Below are positions 8,724 to 14,599 of a DNA stretch of 24,000 nucleotides, in pieces. Numbering within the stretch: the first letter of the stretch is position 1; each line of letters begins with the position of its first letter. The DNA is from Micromonospora craniellae. Its GTDB lineage: Bacteria; Actinomycetota; Actinomycetes; Mycobacteriales; Micromonosporaceae. The position numbers were made by a program, and so were the translations under genes. Under the pieces are notes generated by a model. It had not been told where the DNA came from. It ran no database searches and saw only the letters and a program-made list of their open reading frames with translations. Where the stretch lies: contig NZ_CP061725.1 of assembly GCF_014764405.1 (NCBI RefSeq), positions 6,342,856 to 6,366,855 on the forward strand, in the 5' to 3' direction.

Positions 8724-9149
8724 TCAGGCGTTGATCTGCCGCCGGCCGGCGTCGGTTGCGCTGACGGTGACCTTACGGGGCTTGGCCCGCTCCGCCACCG
8801 GGATCCGCAGCGTCAACACGCCGTTCTCGTACCCAGCCTCCAGCTTGTCCGTGTCGAGCGTGTCGCCGAGGAAGAGCTGCCGGCTGAACACGCCCATCGG
8901 ACGCTCGGCGGCGACGAGTTCGACGGTGTCACCGGCGGGCCGGCGACGTTCGGCCCGGACGGTCAGGACGTTGCGCTGGACGGTGCAGTCGATGCTGTCC
9001 GGGTCCACACCCGGCAGGTCGAAGGCGGCGTAGAAGTGGTCGCCGTCGCGGTAGGCGTCCATGTGCATGACCGCCGGGCGGCTGGTGGTGCCGAAGAACT
9101 GCTCGGCGAGCCGGTCGATCTCACGGAACGGGTCGGTGCGCATCAGCAT
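8724..9149 (-). CDS. Hsp20/alpha-crystallin family small heat-shock protein
   Basis: 141 aa starting MLMRTDPFREIDRL, with an alpha-crystallin domain (FDLPGVDPDSIDCTVQRNVLTVRAER ... ENGVLTLRIPV). A strong GAGGAGG RBS lies upstream of the ATG at 9149. The long ORF-track entry (to 10145) is an upstream artefact. Confidence 0.9.
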   Translation of the reverse strand: MLMRTDPFREIDRLAEQFFGTTSRPAVMHMDAYRDGDHFYAAFDLPGVDPDSIDCTVQRNVLTVRAERRRPAGDTVELVAAERPMGVFSRQLFLGDTLDTDKLEAGYENGVLTLRIPVAERAKPRKVTVSATDAGRRQINA

Positions 9150-9190
9150 CTCGTGCCTCCTCGGTTCCTCTGCGCCGAAGGTTTCGGTTA

Positions 9191-9213
9191 AGTTGAGCCT
9201 TGGCGACTCAACT
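9191..9213. promoter_or_regulatory. HAIR-like inverted repeat (candidate HspR operator) in the hsp20 leader
   Basis: AGTTGAG(9191-9197)-N9-CTCAACT(9207-9213) is a perfect 7-bp inverted repeat. Read as GTTGAGC-N7-ACTCAAC, it matches the HspR-associated inverted repeat consensus CTTGAGT-N7-ACTCAAG at 11 of 14 positions. It sits just downstream of the predicted -10. Confidence 0.5.
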
Positions 9214-9222
9214 CTGTCTTCA

Positions 9223-9251
9223 TATTTAGCGCTCCGGCCGCGTGTTGTCAA
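9223..9251 (-). promoter_or_regulatory. Sigma70-like promoter for hsp20 (TTGACA-17-TAAATA)
   Basis: On the minus strand, TTGACA (9251-9246), a 17-nt spacer, then TAAATA (9228-9223). This is about 75 nt upstream of the hsp20 ATG. Confidence 0.45.
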
Positions 9252-9356
9252 CTCGGTGCCCCGCACGCCGCCTGTCCTGCGCGCCCGAGTCACACCGGGC
9301 GACCGGCGTCGCCGAGCCGAGCCACCTCGGCAGGATGGGCGGGTTAGGGTGCTGCG

Positions 9357-10127
9357 ATGGGCACACACTCCGCCGCGGTCGAGGCGCTCAAGGCCGACCC
9401 GACGACCGCTGCGCTGCGCCGGTCGCTGGAGGTGTACTACGGCGACCCCGGGCGGGACGCGGCGATGGACGCCTTCTACGCCCGCTTCGTCCGCCCCGGT
9501 GACCTGGTCTTCGACATCGGCTCCCACGTGGGTGACCACATCGGCAGCTTCCGCCGCCTCGGCGCCCGCGTGGTCGCGGTCGAGCCTCAACCACTGTGCC
9601 TGCGGGCACTGCGCACCATCTACGCCGACGACGACCAGGTCGCCCTGATCGAGGCGGCCTGCGGGGCGCAACCCGGCCGGATCGGTTTCCTGGTCAACTC
9701 CGCCAACCCGACAGTCTCCACCGCCTCCACCGACTTCGTCAGCGCGGCGGCCGGTGCCGGCGGCTGGGAGGGGCAGGTCTGGGACGGCCAGATCGAGGTC
9801 CCGGTCACCACCGTCGACGCCCTCATCGCCGACCACGGCACGCCGGCCTTCGCCAAGATCGACGTGGAGGGTTTCGAGGACGCCGTCCTGGCCGGACTGA
9901 GCGCCACGCTCCCCGCGCTGTCGTTCGAGTTCACCACGATCGAACGCGCGGTGGCGCTGCGCTGCCTGGACCGGTTGACCGCACTCGGCTTCGGCGGCTT
10001 CGACGTGGCGCTCGGCGACCACAAGGCGCTGACCCTCGGCCGCTGGGCCACCGCCGAGGAGATGGCGGCGTACCTGCTCGCGCTGCCGCACGAGGCCAAC
10101 TCCGGCGACGTCTACTGCGTGCCGTAA
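9357..10127 (+). CDS. FkbM-family SAM-dependent methyltransferase
   Basis: 256-aa ORF with SAM motif I (VFDIGSHVGDH) and the family-typical FAKIDVEGFE block. No DPPY/NPPY or PCQ DNA-methyltransferase motif is visible. Confidence 0.8.
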   Translation: MGTHSAAVEALKADPTTAALRRSLEVYYGDPGRDAAMDAFYARFVRPGDLVFDIGSHVGDHIGSFRRLGARVVAVEPQPLCLRALRTIYADDDQVALIEAACGAQPGRIGFLVNSANPTVSTASTDFVSAAAGAGGWEGQVWDGQIEVPVTTVDALIADHGTPAFAKIDVEGFEDAVLAGLSATLPALSFEFTTIERAVALRCLDRLTALGFGGFDVALGDHKALTLGRWATAEEMAAYLLALPHEANSGDVYCVP

Positions 10128-10211
10128 CCCCTCGACCGCCAACATTCACGACAGACCTGGCGCGCCGGCCGCCCGACCGGCGATGTCCTAGTCGCGCCGT
10201 AACCTGACGTC

Positions 10212-10673
10212 GTGCTGTCTCAGATCAACGGCCTGGCCCGACACTTCACCGAGGACACGCTGCGGGCATACCTGCTGAGCCGCTCGACACGAACTGACAA
10301 CGGGTGCCTCGTCGCACGCGGCTACGGCCGCCAGCGGGGCGTGTACCAGAAGCTGGCGGGCCGGGCCTGGGCGCACATCGCGGCGTACGTGGTCTTCGTC
10401 GGCGATTACGACCCCACTCTCGAGGTCCACCACGACTGTGGAGTGCCGGACTGCATCGAGCCAACGCATCTGCGCCAACTCAGCCACGCGGACAACTGCC
10501 GCGAACGCCGCCAACCCCCGGTGTGCCGCAACGGGCACGAGCGGGAGACCGAGCCGTCGACGGGCCGCTACCGGCGGATCTGCCGGGCCTGCAACCGCGA
10601 GGCGCAGAAGCGCTGGCGCGAGCGCCAGGCCGCTGAGGTCGCCGCAGCCCGCGCGACGTACGGGCCAGCCTGA
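10212..10673 (+). CDS. HNH endonuclease (phage-type, free-standing)
   Basis: 153-aa ORF with an N-terminal GC-x-V-x-GY...AH..AY block and an HNH core (EVHHDCGVPDCIEPTHLRQLSHADN). A Cys-rich tail follows (CRNGHE...RICRACN). GTG start at 10212 directly after an in-frame TAA. Confidence 0.75.
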   Translation: MLSQINGLARHFTEDTLRAYLLSRSTRTDNGCLVARGYGRQRGVYQKLAGRAWAHIAAYVVFVGDYDPTLEVHHDCGVPDCIEPTHLRQLSHADNCRERRQPPVCRNGHERETEPSTGRYRRICRACNREAQKRWRERQAAEVAAARATYGPA

Positions 10674-10782
10674 CGCCCCCGGAAGCTCTGACCAGGCGGC
10701 GAAGTCCGTCATTTACACCAGAGCAAGCCCTTACGCACATTAACAGTCATTATGATGCGCTAGCAATATGCCCGATTTGTAA

Positions 10783-10828
10783 GCATTATTTATTGGATTG
10801 GCATTGCCGGTAATTCAATAAATAATGC
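10783..10828. repeat. AT-rich 13-bp perfect inverted repeat (46-nt hairpin-forming element)
   Basis: GCATTATTTATTG (10783-10795) is the exact reverse complement of CAATAAATAATGC (10816-10828), with 20 nt between. It is embedded in a ~90-bp patch (10741-10830) that I count at 33/90 G+C, within a window that is otherwise very GC-rich. Confidence 0.75.
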
Positions 10829-10930
10829 CCAGCTCGTCCGAGGTCGGATGAGACGGCCCGGACGAGTCGTGGAGCCGGATCGACAACGTGATCTTCTACG
10901 GCACCCGTCGTCTGGACGCGCGTCCTGGAA

Positions 10931-11092
10931 TCAGGTCGTGTGGCGGATGATCGAGCCTGCGATCCGTTCGGTGAGCCCCGGCGAGAAGAACGGATGGTGA
11001 CCCATCCCAGGCACGATGTCCAGCTGGGCCGCCGGGATCTGCGCCGCGAGGGCTTCACCGTGGGCCTGGGGAAACACGGGGTTGAGGAAGAT
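10931..11092 (-). pseudogene. C-terminal remnant of an alpha/beta-hydrolase gene (5' part missing)
   Basis: The minus-strand frame reads IFLNPVFPQAHGEALAAQIPAAQLDIVPGMGHHPFFSPGLTERIAGSIIRHTT*. This is the typical C-terminal block of alpha/beta hydrolases, including the catalytic-His motif GxGH. An in-frame stop lies immediately upstream (11093-11095) and there is no start codon. It is not in the ORF track. Confidence 0.55.
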
Positions 11093-11183
11093 TCACGCCG
11101 AAATTGGCGCTGGCGGTGATGGCCCTTGAGGACCAACGCTCGGAGAAGTCCCGTTAGGCAAGATCGTGGATGGCCGAGCTCGT

Positions 11184-11216
11184 CTATCGCAGAAAGCTAG
11201 TGACTTTCTGCGATAG
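11184..11216. repeat. Perfect 12-bp inverted repeat CTATCGCAGAAA-N9-TTTCTGCGATAG
   Basis: The arms at 11184-11195 and 11205-11216 are exact reverse complements. The right arm overlaps a TAGAGT -10-like hexamer (11214-11219). Confidence 0.8.
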
Positions 11217-11281
11217 AGTGCCGGACCGGGAGCGGTGACCTGGATTCAACCGCAACCGGTGCGGTGCCGACTGGCCGTGCT

Positions 11282-11293
11282 TTTCTGCGATAG
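11282..11293 (+). repeat. Third copy of the 12-mer TTTCTGCGATAG, directly upstream of the integrase RBS
   Basis: Exact copy of 11205-11216. It ends 3 nt before GGGAGG (11297-11302), which precedes the GTG at 11311. Confidence 0.8.
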
Positions 11294-11310
11294 GGCGGGA
11301 GGTGGTTCGG

Positions 11311-12241
11311 GTGGGCACGGTGCGTCGGCTGCGCCCGGTGGCGGGGCCGTCGGTGGTCGAGGCGATCGACGGCTTCCTGGCGACCCTCGATCATCCGGAG
11401 ACCGCCGGCACCCGTCGGGTCTACGCCTCGACGCTGCGGCAGGTGCGCGAGCACCTGGGCCCGGCCACCCCCCCTCGCAACACTCGACACCCCGGCCGCC
11501 GCAACGGAGCTGGTCGCCTGGTTCACGGGCCGGTGGGGTGAGCGCGCGCCGGCCACGTACAACCGCAACCTGGACACCCTGCGCTCGACGATCGGTTACT
11601 GGCGGGAACAGGACTGGCTCGCCGGTGATCCGAGCCGGGCGTTGCGCCGGCGCGGCCGGGCGCCGGATCGGACCCGGGCGCTGGGCCGGGCGGAGATCAG
11701 CGCGCTGCTGGGCCGAGAGGACCTGCCGCTGCGGGAGCGGACGCTGTGGCGGCTGCTGTACGAGAGCGCTGCCCGCGCCGGCGAGGTCCTCGCGCTCGAC
11801 GTGGAGGACCTGGACCTGCGCAACCGGTGCGCGAAGGTGCGCCGCAAGGGCAACGCCGTCGACGTGATCGTGTGGCAGACCGGGACCGCCCGGCTCCTGC
11901 CCCGCCTGCTCAAGGGGCGGTCCCGCGGTCCGGTGTTCCTCACCGACCGCCGCGCCCGGGTGCCCCTGGCCCCGGCTGACGTCTACGAGCCGACCGGGCA
12001 GGCCCGGCTGTCCTACCGCCGGGCCGCCGAACGCTTCACCGAGACCACCGGCGGCGCGACGCTGCACCAGCTGCGGCACTCCGCGCTGACCCACGCCGCC
12101 GAGGACGGGGCGAACACCTCCACCCTGCTGTCGTTCTCCGGGCACACCTCGGTGGCGTCCCTGGCCCGCTACGCCCGGGTGTCACCGGAGGCGCTGCGCC
12201 GCTGGCAGCAGCACCGCGACCCGACCACCCGCCGCCGGTAG
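11311..12241 (+). pseudogene. Tyrosine recombinase/integrase interrupted by a frameshift in a C7 run
   Basis: The N-terminal core-binding part (VGTVRRLRPVAGPSVVEAIDGFLATLDHPETAGTRRVYASTLRQVREHLGPATP) is in one frame. The continuation (LATLDTPAAATELVAWFTGRWGERAPATYNRNLDTLRSTIGYW ... HQLRHSALTHAAEDGA ... GHTSVASLARYARV) is in the next frame. The switch maps to CCCCCCC at 11468-11474; with C6 the reading would be continuous. Confidence 0.75.
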
Positions 12242-12337
12242 GCGTCAGCACGGCCGGGCCTGCGGCCGGCCGAGCAGCGATTCCCAAGCCAGCTGCTCGT
12301 CGGGCTTGGCCATCAGCGCCTCGATGCGTCGTCGGCT

Positions 12338-12808
12338 TCAGGGGTTTGCGAGCCAGCGAAGCACGTCGTCGGTGAGGTTCACGTCGTATGGAAGACCGCG
12401 CAGGTCTTCGGCAGAGGCATTCAGGCCGCGAGCCCGAGCCAGGTCGGCCAGCTTCGCCCACGGGTGTGCCTCGGGGTTCTCGTCGTCGTCAGGAAGAACG
12501 GCGTTCAACGTCGCGCGGACGATGTTGTCCCGGGCCACGTGGTCCGGAACAGCATCGTCGCGTGTGCTACCGGATGTCCGACTGATCGTGAAGCCACGAG
12601 CATCATGCAAGATCACGCGGCGGCCGTCATCGAGCGCGGCATATTCGCTGACCGAGAAGCTCTGGGCGTCCGGATCGTCAAGGCGTTCCGGTCGGATGTC
12701 GCAGATCGCACCCAGCCCTACGACTCGTCCTGGGTTGACCAAGCGAAGATCGGTGTGATCGTCAGCGGCGTCTGGGTGCGCATGCCAACCGCTCTTCACG
12801 TCGCTCAC
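12338..12808 (-). CDS. Hypothetical acidic protein (orphan, no family recognised)
   Basis: 156-aa ORF. My count is 24 D + 5 E against 15 R + 2 K. About 44 of 156 codons end in A/T, versus about 7 percent in a tdk sample, which suggests foreign origin. The start is GTG at 12808, or GTG at 12799, which has better spacing to GAGGAA. Confidence 0.5.
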   Translation of the reverse strand: MSDVKSGWHAHPDAADDHTDLRLVNPGRVVGLGAICDIRPERLDDPDAQSFSVSEYAALDDGRRVILHDARGFTISRTSGSTRDDAVPDHVARDNIVRATLNAVLPDDDENPEAHPWAKLADLARARGLNASAEDLRGLPYDVNLTDDVLRWLANP

Positions 12809-12849
12809 TTCCTCGGTGGTCCCGCACTGGGCGCCGCTGCCGGGGCAGC

Positions 12850-13209
12850 ACGCCGACCCTGGTCGTCCTCGGCCGCACCCACGCCGAGATCACCGCCGCG
12901 CTGCTGGCGGCGCTCGCGACCAGCCGCCTGGCCGCCGACTCACATCCGCACGCCGACTTCGCCGCCGGCGTCGACACCGCCGTCCGCGCCGTCGCCGACC
13001 TGGCGCCGCTGATCGGGGCGGCCGGGTTCCAACGGGCCCACCCGATCGCCAAGGCCCGCGCCGACCTGACCGGGCTGCTGTACGCCGACGGCATCCACGA
13101 CAGCCTCTACCGCTCCGGCGGCGTCACCCTCCTGAGCGAACCGGTCACCGAGGTGGCGCCCATCCGACCTGGCACCGCAGCCGCCGACCGCTTCGACAAG
13201 GCAGCCTGA
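12850..13209 (+). pseudogene. C-terminal remnant of an acyl-CoA-dehydrogenase-fold (flavin oxidoreductase) gene
   Basis: A frame with no start codon reads ...TLVVLGRTHAEITAALLAALATSRLAADSHPHADFAAGVDTAVRAVADLAPLIGAAGFQRAHPIAKARADLTGLLYADGIHDSLYRSGGVTLL...*. The pattern G-aaGf...hP..r..RDl....y.dg resembles the ACAD C-terminal helical domain. The upstream part is occupied by the opposite-strand orphan gene. It is not in the ORF track. Confidence 0.45.
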
Positions 13210-13218
13210 ACAGCAAGA

Positions 13219-13251
13219 CGGCGCGCACCCTCCTGACGAAGGTGCGCGCCG
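13219..13251. terminator. Bidirectional hairpin between convergent genes (11-bp stem)
   Basis: CGGCGCGCACC (13219-13229) pairs with GGTGCGCGCCG (13241-13251). It lies between the stop of the ACAD-like remnant (13207-13209) and the Nudix stop (13262-13264). Confidence 0.5.
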
Positions 13252-13261
13252 CCGACGCATG

Positions 13262-13747
13262 TCAGTGCGTGTGAAAGCCGTTCTCCAGGTCGAACACCGT
13301 GCCCTCGGCCTTGGCGCACAGCGCGGCGATCACCCGGCGGGCCAGCAGCTCCGACATCCGGTCCCGGATCTGCTCCTGGTCGCACCAGGCCCAGCTGCGC
13401 AGCTCGTCCGGCGGCAGATGGATGTCAGCTGTGCCCAGCTCGTCGAGGGAGCCACCGTCGTAGACGAACATGACACCCTCGGTGCGTCCCGGCCGCTGCG
13501 GCACCCAGTCGGTCACCAGCAGCCGGCCGGGGACGATCGACTTGCCCAACTCCTCCTTGACCTCACGGACCGCCGCCTGCCGGGGTGACTCGTCGGCGTC
13601 GACGCACCCACCGACGATCTCCCAGTAGTCCTTGTAGGCGGGCTCAACCAGCAGAGCCCGCCTGGCAGCGTCGGTGAACAGAACCGCGGCGCCCATGCGT
13701 TTTCGGGGAAGCGTCGCCGTGTAGTCGCCGGATGGTGTGCTCACCAC
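13262..13747 (-). CDS. Nudix hydrolase
   Basis: 161-aa ORF with a Nudix box: GGCVDADESPRQAAVREVKEELG. The start could alternatively be the internal ATG (MGAAVLF). Confidence 0.85.
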   Translation of the reverse strand: MVSTPSGDYTATLPRKRMGAAVLFTDAARRALLVEPAYKDYWEIVGGCVDADESPRQAAVREVKEELGKSIVPGRLLVTDWVPQRPGRTEGVMFVYDGGSLDELGTADIHLPPDELRSWAWCDQEQIRDRMSELLARRVIAALCAKAEGTVFDLENGFHTH

Positions 13748-13885
13748 CGCAGGCTACCCGCGCCGGCGACCTCACCACGCACCTTCGGCACTCCTACGCG
13801 GTGACGGCGCTGACCGCCGAAGCCGAGAAGGCCGTGAGCTGACCCCACGCCGACCGACGGCGGACACACGTCGGTGCGGCGGGCG

Positions 13886-14476
13886 TCACGGCTGGTAGCC
13901 CGTCTTGTCGGCGTCGGTGATCTCGCGCAGCACCCGGGCCGGTGATCCGACGGCGATGACACCGGACGGGATCGAGCGGGTGACCACACTGCCCGAACCG
14001 ATGATCGTGTTGGCGCCGATGGTCACGCCCTGGTTGATGGTGACGCCGCCACCGATCCAGACGTGGTCGCCGATCGTGACCGGCTTGGCGTAGCACGCCC
14101 CGGCCGCCCGTTCACCAGCGTCGACGGCGTGATTGGCGGTGTAGATGCCGACCCGTGGGCCGAACAGGACGTGATCGCCGATGGTGATCCCGCCGCCGTC
14201 CAGCATCACGCAGTCGAAGTTCGCGTAGAAGTGGTCGCCGACGCTGATGTTGAAGCCGAACTCGCAGCGGAACGTCGGTTCGAACTGAGCCCCGCTCCCG
14301 ACCGCGCGCAGCAGACGACGCAGGATCGCCTCGCGCTGCTGCGGTGACTGCCCGAAACTGTCGTTGTACTCGGTCGTCAGCAGCACGGCCCGCTGCCGGG
14401 CCTGCACCAGCTCGTCGGTGAGATCGTTGTACATCCGGCCGGAGAGGATGTGCTCCCGTTGTTCCTCAAGTGTCAC
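13886..14476 (-). CDS. maa: Maltose/galactoside O-acetyltransferase (hexapeptide-repeat, Maa/LacA type)
   Basis: 196-aa ORF with an N-terminal Mac domain (MTLEEQREHILSGRMYNDLTDELVQARQRA) and left-handed beta-helix hexapeptide repeats (ITIGDHVLFGPRVGIY, VTIGDHVWIGGGVTI). GTG start with a GGGAGA RBS. Confidence 0.88.
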   Translation of the reverse strand: MTLEEQREHILSGRMYNDLTDELVQARQRAVLLTTEYNDSFGQSPQQREAILRRLLRAVGSGAQFEPTFRCEFGFNISVGDHFYANFDCVMLDGGGITIGDHVLFGPRVGIYTANHAVDAGERAAGACYAKPVTIGDHVWIGGGVTINQGVTIGANTIIGSGSVVTRSIPSGVIAVGSPARVLREITDADKTGYQP

Positions 14477-14582
14477 CGCATGATTCTCCCGGTTGGCGGT
14501 GTCGTGCGGAATGCAGGGCTAGCCGGTCCGGCGGGACAACGGAGATCCACCCGGACGCCTAGGCTTCGGTGCGAGGTGGAAC

Positions 14583-14593
14583 GGGGGGGGGGG
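14583..14593 (+). repeat. G11 homopolymer tract 6 nt upstream of the LysE-family start codon
   Basis: Eleven consecutive G at 14583-14593, followed by cacgag and ATG (14600). The tract presumably supplies the Shine-Dalgarno sequence. Confidence 0.9.
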
Positions 14594-14599
14594 CACGAG

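Larger units (their letters stand above)
11184..12830 (+). mobile_element. Putative remnant of a small integrative element (repeat-flanked broken integrase plus one cargo gene)
   Basis: The segment sits between two divergent gene remnants that both lack their 5' ends (10931-11092 and about 12850-13209). It contains an integrase pseudogene and an orphan gene with lower GC3. The boundaries are approximate and no terminal direct repeats were identified by eye. Confidence 0.3.

Noticed and set aside
9226-9252. TTAGCGCTC resembles the left half of the HrcA operator CIRCE (TTAGCACTC-N9-GAGTGCTAA) upstream of hsp20.
   Set aside because: The expected right half after 9 nt (GTTGTCAAC) matches only 3 of 9 positions. 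The left half also overlaps the better-supported -10 element. The HAIR-like repeat is the stronger candidate.
11096-11183. Possible further pseudogene or transposase fragment between the hydrolase remnant and the 12-mer palindrome (for example the frame reading PKLALAVMALEDQRSEKSR*).
   Set aside because: All frames have stops within 30 codons and I recognise no family motif. It is treated as junction DNA.
7487-13260. Search for a tRNA gene or flanking direct repeats (att sites) that would define the islet.
   Set aside because: I saw no cloverleaf-like sequence with a GGTTCGAAT-type T-loop, and I could not find repeats of 10 bp or more between candidate borders by eye. Absence is not proven and needs a computational repeat search.
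13732-13848. Short plus-strand ORF in the Nudix/maa gap whose translation contains DLTTHLRHSYAVTAL, reminiscent of the HxLRH box of tyrosine recombinases (a possible third integrase remnant).
   Set aside because: Only about 15 residues are suggestive, the ORF is 38 codons long, and it overlaps the Nudix start region. That is too little evidence without a similarity search (TBLASTN/BLASTX of 13700-13890 would decide).
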